A stretch of 64,000 bases of DNA from Paramecium tetraurelia (lineage: Eukaryota), in the NCBI GenBank assembly GCA_000165425.1, contig CT868529.1, positions 124,001 through 188,000 of the forward strand, read 5' to 3'. Each line of letters starts with the position of its first letter. Within the stretch, counting starts at the first letter, position 1. Shown piece by piece: positions 39,954-51,734 of the stretch. The notes below the pieces were generated by a model that worked only from the letters and a program-made list of their open reading frames with translations, made no database searches and was not told the origin of the DNA. A program made the position numbers and the translations under genes.

Positions 39954-41816
39954 ATGCATTTCAGATCTTCATCTCAAGGTTCTAGTCCACAGATTGAAAT
40001 TCTGCAATCAGAACGTACACTACTTACAACTCCTGTGACTCAGAGTGCGTTGTTTAAGACATTTACAGAAATGGCAAAAGCGTACGATAAAAAAGTAGGT
40101 TTAGAAAGGCATTTTCAAACTCAATTTAGAGAATTCCATCTCCTCGAGCTAGATTAACACTGTAACTCACTCACAACAAAGCACAACGAGAATAAATTAT
40201 ATCATAATTGACAGAAAGACATTAAGAAGTTATTGGTAATGCTCTAATTAATGGGAATTAAAAAAAATAAAAAATTCGAATTGTATAAAAATAAAAAAGG
40301 AGAGATCACTCACCTAAGAAACCCGTAAACTTAAAAGAAGGAGCGAAAGGTAAATTCATTCATGTATGAACTAGTTTATCAAATGCCAAATTTGGAAATG
40401 CCTACATTTGAAGCAGAATTCGATCATCCTACTGAATTGACCTTTTATAGTGAAATCTAGGAATTCTATAGGAGTGTAAAGTCATTTAGACCCTCATTTA
40501 CCGAAAGCGGCACCATGATATTCTATGGAGACTCACTATATTTATATGGTGGCATAGCAGGTGACGGCATAAGAGATGAAATGCTACGATTTGATTTAAG
40601 TAAAAATTTCAATTAACTAGGATATTAGGAATGGTATATGGTTGAAGGTTTAGGTGAAAAGCCAAAAAATGGTAGAGCTGCTCACACTTTGATCTCAATG
40701 AGAAACCACTTTATATTGTTTGGAGGAGCTTGTAAATTCAATGTAAAGTTGAAGATCAGAGAATGTTTCAATACAGTTTATGATTATAATGTCACGATGA
40801 GATTTTGGGAGAAAATAAACACACAAGGAGATTACATAGAACCACGTAGACATCACAAAGCATGTGTTTATGGGTGGAAATGGATGTTGATTTATGGTGG
40901 TATTAACAGCAACGAGCAAGTATTGAGTGATACAGCTCTGTACAACATTGAAAAGATGATTTGGAAATAGTGGGATGTCAAATCAACTCCAATTTGTTGT
41001 CATTCCATAATCAATATCTCATTGTCAACCAAATTCAATGATAACACAACTGATTTAATTCCAGCTGAAATCATATATTCCTTTGGTGGAAAAGATTAAA
41101 CAGGAAACTCTACTAACTTTATTAAGAAACTCTTATTTTACCCTAATACTACGACTGCCATCGCCTGGGAAACCATTCAAGCAGGAGGCAAACCTCCTTT
41201 GCCTTGTCATAATCACACTATGGAGTACATTAAAAAGATACAAGGAATCATCATCTTAGGAGGATAGAGAGATGATTTAATTAATGGTTCTTTGGAATCA
41301 AACTAATGTTTTATTTTCTATCCTCAGTTAAATTTGTGGTAAGAAGTATAGATGGAAGGTAATAATCTCCCTAGATGTGCTCACACTTCGGTGTTATTGA
41401 GTTCTAAAATTGCTGTTTTTGGAGGAATTGGGAATGGAAGGTACTTAGAACCTTTGATCAACTATATAGAGACAGATTAGACATAGGTTTCATCCAAAAT
41501 TACAAAAGAATAATTTAATAAAAGATAAACTTAATATTTATTGATAAAATAAAAGTCAAGTCTAGATAGGATTGAATCTCTGAATTTCACTCCTAAATAA
41601 CTTCCATCTTTTCATAATGATAGTTACAAAGGGTTGGGATTTAAAATACACACTAAAAAACTCTAAAGTTATTCAACTAAATCATTTCAACCCCAAAAAA
41701 GACAAGCCTTAATTAGATATGATATTTTGATTGGTTTTGTGAGCAGAGTAATTGAAGATAATAAAGATATATTAAATAACTTTGATAAATTCATGAGAAG
41801 ATAATCAATAAAATGA
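39954..41816 (+). CDS. Kelch-repeat protein
   Basis: LYLYGG, RAAHTL..FILFGG, RRHHKA..MLIYGG, YSFGG, HNHTM..IIILGG and RCAHTS..IAVFGG. Confidence 0.88.
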
Positions 41817-42630
41817 GTATATGCTTTAAGTTGTTATTATTAGAGTTGTAACTAATATTAAAAATCATTTTTAATATATATTATTCTTAAGTTATTTTTA
41901 TTTTCGACTACATTCTATATGATTTCTCGAAGCAAATTATGTTTTCAAATGTTTTAATGGAATAATCATTCTTAATGATAATTATTTTAAATTAAGCTCT
42001 ATTAGAGAAAAAAAACATATGAGATTAGAAATTCTCAATTTAATTTAGATGTTAATCAGAATTAAGTAAAAAATTATTTAGATTGAGAAAACATTTGTTT
42101 ACAAGAATTTAGATGGTTAGATTATTATTGGATTGCAGTTCCTTTCTAAAAATGTTGGATTTGAATATAGATATGAAAATAAATTTCTACTCATTTTAAT
42201 TAGTAAAGGATTGATATATCTTAATGTTGGGAACATGGGATTATTTGAAAATAAATAAGATTTATATGTTACAGAAAAAAAAAAGTGAAATTTTAAGGAC
42301 AGGAAAAGATCTTATAAATTTATAATATTAATAACAAGATTATAAGAATGATTAGTTGAATTAGTTACTTGATGAATATATATTAAATTTTATTATAGAC
42401 ATTCATTCAAGATTTAGAACCTTTATAAATAAAATACATAGTTTAATTTAGGTTGAGACTAATAATTGAATTGTAAACAACTTATAAGAGTTGATTTTAA
42501 TATTTAAAAATCACTAAAATTTCATATCATTTTAAGAATCGGATAGATATACAATTTTAGTAATTAAAGAAAATTCAATCACATAATCTTTATGAGCAAT
42601 CAAGATTAACAAAATAAACTTATCTTATTC

Positions 42631-43182
42631 ATGAAATAACAATAAATATTTAACTGTTTATTGTTAAAAAGATAAATATTAATAATTTCAGATTTAGCCA
42701 TTTCAAGTAGTGTTTTGAAGGTCGTTTCATTTATTGATTAATTGAAATGTATAACAGTAATTAATTTATTTATTTGTTGAAGATAATGTTGAAAGAATTG
42801 ATATTTTCTCATTCCAAAATGATTAATTCTAAACAAACATTTACAATTTTTAATAATGAGAATTTTGATGCCAGTTACCTTAGAATCAAAGACTATGATA
42901 TAGTTATATTCAATTAAAGCTCATGATGAGGATATTTATAAAATACAATTATTTGATTCCATATGACACTTGATAACAAGTAGCAAAATAAATATAGTCA
43001 AATATTGGTTATATAAATATTAGTTTGATATTCTATTTAACATTGATATTCTTCCACTTCAAAAAGAACATGTTACAGAATATTAGGTTACTATTAGACA
43101 ATAAGGTGAGGGATATAATAAATAATCAATTAAGTTATAATAAATGATAGCAGAAATAGAGGACTTAGATCATTGGCAATGA
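42631..43182 (+). pseudogene. Decayed WD40-like gene relic
   Basis: IKAHDEDIYKIQLFDSI*HLITSSKINIVKYW: WD40-like motif with an in-frame TGA at 42964-42966 and an apparent upstream frameshift. Confidence 0.45.
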
Positions 43183-43199
43183 TACATATTTATTTACAT

Positions 43200-43544
43200 T
43201 CATTTACGTTAAGGAGAGGACATTAAAGATCGACTTGATTTGAATTTACTATTTGTTAAAATTGGTCTAATTGCAATAGGTCTTTTCTTTTCTACTTTCT
43301 AGCAATCTTATTCATTCTCTTCTGTATCTGCAAGATCGAGCAAACTACGCCTTGCAATTACAGTGTTGTCAGTTTCAATTTTATTCAACGATGGGTGTTT
43401 TTAAATGATCAAGTCTATGATTCTACATACACACACTTCCATACCTTTCAATTTCCCCTTCTGTTTTGTGTCAATCTGTCTTTGTTGATGCATCATGTAC
43501 ACTGTATAGAATAGTTTTCCTTATATTGTGTCAAATTTATGCAT
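43200..43544 (-). CDS. Small hypothetical protein
   Basis: MHKFDTIQGKLFYTVYMMHQQRQIDTKQKGKLK(D)LIIQKHP...RPIAIRPIL...SSPQRK-TGA. Confidence 0.65.
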
Positions 43545-44134
43545 CTGGGTTAATAATAATATCAATTAATATTAATATCTTAACTTTTATATTTTAACAT
43601 TTAATAACATTTATCCCCTTAATATTCTAGCTAAAGTCTTAAAGGTTTATATTTTGTTATTAAAAATTCAGAACCTTTTTTGGAAACTCATAAATACTTC
43701 ACAGTATTAAAGGATACGAAAAGGAATCTCTAACTGAAGCGATGGATTAACTTTAATGATCACATAAATGACTTAAGAAATCAATAAAATATGTGAATCT
43801 AATTAATAAGGTCATTTGATTACTTATAGATTTAATTAATTATTGTAAATTCTTTAGAATAACAATTAGGGATAAACTAAAAAAACAAAGAAATCCCCAT
43901 CTCAAGTGAGAGATTAGTTTTGAGACTAAGAATTCAACTTGTATTTTGAGTTCGATTTTAGAATGATGTAGTATGTATGATTAAAATTGATTTATTATAA
44001 TAAAAATGTAATACTAACTCAACATTATTGATATTGATGGGTTTGAGAATAAATGGTATTATAAATTGAGAATTACAAACAATTAAAATAGTTGTTATCG
44101 TGATGTACGCGTACGATTTTAGGATTTGAATCAA

Positions 44135-45844
44135 ATGCACAGAAATCTTTAAAATGAAAATTATTATTCAAATGTAAAAGAGAATTTGTATTTTTGTTAT
44201 TAGTTACCATTATTTCCTGAGAAATCTCTATTGATTTCATGGATTCAGAGTAATGATAGCAGAGAGGAATTATTGGAGAACAAAGAGGCTATTTAAAACT
44301 ATTTATCAGCGATCAACAAGTACAAAAAATTGTTCTAAATATAAGGAATCCACCATTTAAATATGAAGCAATTAATTAATTCGTGTAAAATACATATGAC
44401 CCTAAGAGGAGTACATAATTAAGATTCTTGAACATAAATAAAGATGCATTTTATTAAGTCCACATAAAAAAAAGTATTATAAAGAAGGGCAAATTCAATA
44501 AGATCTTTCTTGTGAAGGGCGAATATTAAGACAGAGTTGTGCATTAATTCTTGATGCCTTCGAATGATGCGGCAAAAAAAGACTACGAGAATTACAAAAG
44601 AGCCTAATTATTAATTACCGATCATACCTACATAGTGAAATGTCATGAGATAGGATAAATCACGAAGAAGAAGCCATTCTTTTAGAGAAAGCAAAAGAAG
44701 ACAATTTACAACGCGTTGGAAATTGCACAAGACTCATCCTATGACATTATCTATGCAATTGAAGATTACGCACAATAGCCAATAAATAAACTAATCCAAA
44801 AGCGATAGGAGAGATAGGAGCATTTCAAATTAGAAACAATCTCAGAGGCACTTATTACTCTGATAAATGTGGCTTAATATTTGCAGTTTTTGTAAATTTT
44901 TTAGAAATAATTTTCTGTGACCAATTTCTATTATGATGAAAAGTTCGGATTCAAGGTCGGGGGATTTACACCATTATATACATACAAGAAAAAGTATAGA
45001 TTAAAGAATGAGACTGAGCCCAACACATACAAGGCTCTCAATCCGCCAGAGTTGTGTGGATCTGCAGGTGGCTATACGATGAAAAACAATTTGAATTCTT
45101 CCATTAAAACTGATGTTTGGCAAATTGGAATTGTGATTCTCTCAATGGCCTCACTCACTTTGCCATTGGATCTGATATGGAGTGAGGCAATTGAGGAGAA
45201 ATTAAAATTAGTGCAATATAAACATGGGTATAAAGTATATAAAATTAGGGAAAAATTAGCTTTTTTACTTAAGAATATGCTATAACGAAATCAAAATGAC
45301 CGGTCTTCTATCAATGATATCATCATACCTGCCCAATTGTTGATGCCCATGAATTTAACCTAATTCAAGCAAGTCAGATCAATCGAAAGATTATAGGTAT
45401 GAATGCTTTAACAAGTAGATCGCATCCATATCTCAGTAGTAATTGGAAGACATGGATAAATAGTTTAAAGAGAAAGCCTCGGATAAAAAATATATTGTAC
45501 ATTTGACAATTGATAAATTCATTGTCCAATAAATATTTCTATTCAATTTGGAACGGATTAAGAGAGAATTTGTGATACAATTGCACATTAACGTATCTCC
45601 TTAAACTATACCAGATGATTTGATTGACAAAATGATGTCAAGTTTAATTGAGTACCAACATCTGTAATTATTGGTACTTAATCTTAAGAAATGCACGATA
45701 TCTGATTAAGCCTAAAGGAATATCATTAATTCGGTCTAAAATATCACAAAACTCAAATAATTAACATTGGATATCAGTGGAAATCAAACAATCCCAATTT
45801 CAATTCCACAATCAAAAAACAGAGTGGTTGTATATAACCAATGA
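44135..45844 (+). CDS. Kinase-fold pseudokinase with LRR-like C-terminus
   Basis: Keeps LNPPEL, KTDVWQIGIVILSM and LLKNMLQRNQNDRSS; HRD replaced by FQKQFSVTNF and DFG by GGF; C-terminal LxLxLxxC/N repeats. Confidence 0.72.
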
Positions 45845-45961
45845 CATATTTTACATATTTTACATAAGTTAAGTATTTTTAATTCATCCTGATGATTAGT
45901 ACTTTCATTCAAAATAACTTATTGATCTAAAATTCACAATATTAAAATACAAATTAAACAA

Positions 45962-47749
45962 ATGAGTTATTAAGTGATATTCTTGATTTTGATTAAGCTA
46001 AGTGTCCAATCCACCAGAGTCAGGACTAAAGAATCATATACAATGAATCATGAAATTGAAGAAGACACCATTAGAATGGCTCATAAAAAGCAAACTGTGT
46101 ATGTGCTTAAGTAGATATCTTGACATAATCAAAGTTTGACTAATGCATATGATGTTGATGTATTTGATGAATCTGAATCTGACGATCCAATCTAGACTCC
46201 CATTCTTTCTCTGGATACTAAAGACGTTGAATCATTAGAAGTGAAAAATTGTAATCAATGAGTTCTAATTTTAGAATGCGTAGGATTTCCTAAACACCCC
46301 TAATTAAAGGAGATTTTGCAATATAAAATAAAAGATGCCACCGAGGATTCCTATTATACAGATATGGTGACTCTGTCGGAGTATTCAAATTTATTTTTAA
46401 TGACACAAGAACTACAACTTATATAGGTTAAACTACGTTGCAGTGATTCTGGATGGATTGCCTAAGAATCACAGAGCGTCTTTGATTTGAAAAAGTAATT
46501 GAAATTGCCGAATTCAACTATAATAGCCAACGCTTAATTCAGTTGTCCAAAAGTAATTATTTGAGCCTATCCCTAAGAAACATCTAAGTTGCTTAATCAT
46601 AACTCCCTTTGGAGGGTTTTGGGTATCCAAATTTTCAGATTTTGATTCTAATGATTTGCCAATTGAACCTCATCCTGAATATAGGATTTTACAAAGAAAG
46701 GTTGTTCACAAAGTATCCACCTTTGGAGAATACTTAGCTGTGGCTGTGGGGGACGATGGCGTAGATCTCTATACTTACGAACAGGAGCCCTAAGACATAT
46801 ACAAAAGAAGCATACTTCACTTATTGACCATCTCAAAGTAATAGTTCAATGTCACAATCAATATTATTGGAGTGAAGATTGTGGATGACAGACTCTTTTG
46901 TTTAGATGACACCTAAGGATTGTACATTTTCAATATTTCCAATATCCAAAAGCCAGTCCTGATAATGGATATACATATACCCAGAACTGTAGCATTTGAG
47001 GTGTACGAGAACACTATTCTTGTTGTCGCCTAGACTCCAAGTAATATTGAGTACATCTTGGAAATCTTCATTGATTTGAGGGATCACTCCTATTTTGTGA
47101 ATAGAGTTTATGTTGATGATTTTACATATAGGGACATGTAGATAAATCCCAATTATGCATTTTTGATAGGAGAAGAAGCTCATCTTATAATCAAACATTC
47201 GATTTTCAATGGGTTTGTGAAATACAATAAGGAATTGGTGAAGACTTTCTTTGAAAACTAATTGGTGCGTTTTGAATTATACAGCAAATCAAGTGAACCT
47301 GCAGAGCTAAGATTCAAGGAGACTTTTTATTATGTAGGCTTATCTCGTTAAGCCATTCACGTATGGAAATTCATGGATTATCATGCCTTTTTATTATGCA
47401 GTTTTGATGAGAAGTCAGAACATGAAATCATAGTTAAATTGAACTCGACATCCTGTGATTAAAATAATCAGAGGGACAGTCTATATCAATAATGCTAAGC
47501 AGAGTAGAAAATCAATATCCTAGTCTCTGGACCATTATTCTACTCAGACACCTTTACAGTTTTGGTCTTTATTCTAATTTTCTTGGGAGTAATAATATTT
47601 ATAAGTTTTAGATTGTTTTGTGTATCATATGTATTTGTGTATGTGTTCGTTGGAGAAGATTGCTGAGAGAACTAGAAGATAACAGATATTAGTTAAAAGA
47701 AATGAAGAGGTACGGACAATTACCGGAATAGGAATAAAATCAAATATGA
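45962..47749 (+). CDS. Type I membrane protein with beta-repeat (LVIVD-like) ectodomain
   Basis: Hydrophobic N-terminus; YLAVAVGDDGVDLY and RLFCLDDTQGLYIFNISNIQKP; single TM near the C-terminus; tail with YGQL. Confidence 0.72.
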
Positions 47750-47776
47750 TATTCTCTAAAATTGTTAATTTTAATT

Positions 47777-48657
47777 ATGCGTGGATCCTTGATTTCAGCA
47801 CCCTTTCTCGGATATTTGCTAAAACTGTAAGCAAAAATCAGAGTGGCCAATGTCATAATGACAGAGTAGCCTCTAACCAAAGAAGGCAATGCCGAGATGT
47901 CTCAGAAGTTGTGTGCGTAATTGTATTAAGTAAATAACTAGCAATCAATCTGTGGTTAATTTGTGTGACATCACTGCTTAATTAAAACCAGCAGCAAGGT
48001 TGCTACCATAATAATAATTGTTTGATCAATTTGTCAAGGAAAATTAATTTGATTTGCAAACTCCAATAGTATTCTTTGATGAACACATACACTTTGCAGC
48101 CAGAGCCTGGTTCACTTTCAGATATTTCGGATTCAAAAACGTATTCGTTTTGGATGGTGGATATTCAAAATGGAAGAATCATTAGCCAGCTGAATTTTAG
48201 GAACACAATATTTGTATATAATAATTTCATAAATACAGAGGATCAACCAAGATTTTAAGGTAGAATCGTGAGCACATCTGAAGTTTCTAGAATTTCCTAG
48301 TTAAAACACTCTAACGATCCAAATGGGGAGGAGTGGGCCATTGTTGACACTCGAGATAGTAATCGTTTTAAAAAAGGCTCGATTCCTGGATCTATTAATA
48401 TAGAATTCTCAGAATATCTTAATCGGGATAAAACCATGAAGTCTGATGAAGATCTTAGATAAGTGTATTAAAAGAATGGAATCGATTTGAACAAAACAAG
48501 AATAATTAATACCTGCTAAACTGGAAAACTAGCCTGTATAGCAACAATTGCCCAAGAAATTTTGAAAACTAAATAGTAAGTTATATTTATGAAACTTAGG
48601 CAAATCCTTTACGATGGATCTTGGGAAGATTGGAAATTGGAGAACCATAAGAAATGA
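47777..48657 (+). CDS. Tandem-domain rhodanese/3-mercaptopyruvate sulfurtransferase
   Basis: AARAWFTFRYFGFKNVFVLDGGYSKW, VDTR..RF..GSIPGSINI, TCQTGKLAC and LYDGSWEDW. Confidence 0.9.
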
Positions 48658-48708
48658 AATATATAATAAAAATTATAATGATTATAATTATTTTTTTAAT
48701 AATAATTT

Positions 48709-48927
48709 ATGGAGAAGAAACTATTATCAACTCCTTCCGAAAAACTGGCAGCAGATGCCGCTGATGAAGTGACTTGTCAAAACCACATGAATGCTTATAC
48801 TTCTTGTCTTTAAAAACATTCACTTACAAATAACTATAAGGAATGTGTCAAACATATGGCTTAATTTCGATATTGTCTTATTATGGCTGCCAAAGTCCAA
48901 ACGGAAGCACAAAAAAAGCCAGAGTGA
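48709..48927 (+). CDS. Twin CX9C (CHCH) small protein, 72 aa
   Basis: Intronless ORF with C-QNHMNAYTS-C and C-VKHMAQFRY-C. Confidence 0.75.
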
Positions 48928-49439
48928 ATTAATTTTTTTTAGAATATTGCTCATTAATAAATAAAAATAATGCATTTCATTTATATCAGCATAATTCCTC
49001 ATATCAGAAATACCTTATAAACTAATCGTATTTGAAATCATCCAAATAATACATATTTATTTTATGAGCTAAATAGATATAACTTTAACCATTTATAAAA
49101 TAACACAAACATTTTAGATTTTTCAATGCTAAAATATGAGTAATTTAGAAGAACAAACTTAATTGTTAGTAAGTTTTAACTATTGTTCAGTCTTCAGTAT
49201 CAAATTTTATAGTATTTGATGATGGTGATAATACATATTTACTTAGAACTAAATCATCCTAAAAATTTTGTATTGGCAATTACCATAGAATAAAAAAATT
49301 AGAAACTTAGAGTAAGAATAATAATAATTTGGACTTTGAAATATTATTAGGGAAATCAATCATATTTTTTAATTTATTAAACTCGACAATAATATATTAT
49401 TATATGTTAATTAATCATTTTCAGAGTTATCAATTGACT

Positions 49440-49950
49440 TCTGATTAAATTTTCAATACTATAGAATATGGAGCAAGCTGATTTACATCTCATTATTTAG
49501 GAAAGGACAATAATGATATTGATTTATAATGAATATATGAATAAGTCTATAGTGGTAGAGGAGATTTAGATTAAAGAAATTAAAATTCAAGTGTTGCTTT
49601 AGCTTAACAGAAATGCTGATACTTTTGGACATATCAAACTAGATAATATTGCGAGCATATTTGATTGCAATTCTAATTAAGTATACTTTTACATTAAAAA
49701 TTCCAGAGATGGATGAAGAGTTGTTATATCGAGTTTTAAGAAGTATGAACCCTTTTAAGAGAATGATCTTATTATTAATTTCAACAGAATAGATGTAGGA
49801 TGGAAAACACCTATTGAAGATATTAAGATGAGATTTTTATCATCTTAATAATAATCAATTTATAAATAGTTGCACTTGTAAAATTTAGATTGAAATAGAG
49901 GTCGAGTAGATATGGAGATATAATTAAGATGCCTTGTTATTGAAAAGGTA
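49440..49950 (+). pseudogene. Probable decayed gene relic
   Basis: Coding-like composition and an intron-like gtatac...ccag, but TGA stops break the frames I read. Confidence 0.3.
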
Positions 49951-50173
49951 TAAAGTTGTCATGTTCTGTTCATATGTAAGATTTAGAATTTATTTACTAA
50001 TCATAATTTAAATGATATTATTTTATTACAATTTTGTTGTCATTTATATAAAATCTTTAATATGCTATCAAAATTAAGATGAATAAGTAATTTTATTTTA
50101 TATGATTTATCAACAAACTGTTTCTCTAATCTTTACATTTGCTTATAATTAATTTTTTAATAAATATTGTCCA

Positions 50174-51032
50174 ATGGGAGAAGTAGGAATCAATATTCCT
50201 TTTGGGTAGCCCTTAAATAAAGACAAAAAACTGATAGAAATGCAAGAAGAATTAATATCTCACATAAATTATGTGAATGATTGCTTTGATAAAGAATTGT
50301 TGGCCATAGGAAGTTCGAATAATAAGAATGGAAGAAGAATTAAATTATCATAATATAAAGTAGATCCAAATATTTTTGGTTTTTCTGTAAATACCTTTGA
50401 ATTACGCGAACATGTAAATTTCTTGTCTTAGTAATTTTACTAAATTTGCGTATCAGAACCTTTATATAAAAATAATAGTAAATATAAATTATAATAAAGA
50501 AAATTGTTAGCAGAAAGAAATAGACTAATCGCTTATAATGAAAAGGGTTAAACCTTTAACACAATAATTTGGCTTCAGAGAAATAATAATATAGATTCTT
50601 TTAGTAATCCTCTGCTTTGGATTGATTACTTGGGATGCTATCTAATTACAATTAAATATCTATCCAGAAATAGGCGGATCGAGTATTCATTACTTATTAT
50701 ACTTACGGATTAGCTTAATATTTTTGCTCTTTATTTCATAATTGATGTATCAAAATTATAACTTTAGTTATGTGACTAGGGCAATAAAATTATAATTTTA
50801 TTTATCCTACCTCCTCAGTTTGATAATTACTATCTTAACTATACTGTGCTTGTATGGGTTTAATCTTATGAAAGAAAAATATGGTGACATAGTAATGCAA
50901 ATGGGATAGTGCGGAGCTATTCTAATTGGATTTTTTCTTTTATGCATTCACTTATATAAATTAGAAATTAATTTATAGAGAATAAGAGTATTGCTGGGAG
51001 CTTAATACTAATCCCCTCTGGGTTGCTTTTGA
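50174..51032 (+). CDS. Hypothetical membrane protein (~4 TM)
   Basis: Open frame with one 22-nt intron; four hydrophobic segments in the C-terminal half. Confidence 0.7.
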
Positions 51033-51734
51033 TTAGAACTAATTAATTACAATTTTATATTTTATTTGCTTAATATCAATAATGACAACCAACTTTTTCA
51101 TCCCCATTTCGATTTCATATCTGGTTTCTTTACTCCTCTTAGTTATGTAAATTGTAAAATATAAACAGGAGTTTAAGATTTAGATTCCTACTATGTCAAA
51201 TAACAACCAAGCATTTTAGATATTAATTTGATAAACTCATATTAATAATATCATTCAACTTTAATATTAAGCAAATATAATTATTTGATTGTGTAGCTTT
51301 TCAAATTTTAATAAACATCCATTCTAACTCTAGTCCAATCTCAATTAAATTTAGAGGATAATACAATAGATAAATGCTATTTTCTAATTTCAAAATTTTT
51401 ATCTTGAATATCAATTTGTTTTTGTTTATCCAAATCAGTTTAAAAATAGAATGGTAATACTGTTTATGTAGAATACACAATAAATCTTATAATAAATAAT
51501 TTTATTTAATAGATTAAGTATTTTCAGTATATAGAATGATATAAGGTATATTTGTAATAAAAAATATACTTTTTTATATTCCTCAATAACTTATGTTTTA
51601 AAAAGTTAAAGATTAATTGGAATGTATAAGGGAATATAAAATAAATTATATTCGAAATCATTTAATTTGCATTAAATATTGTCATTAATTTTTATTGTTT
51701 TAACTTTTAAATACATCTTAAAATAGTTCTGCCT

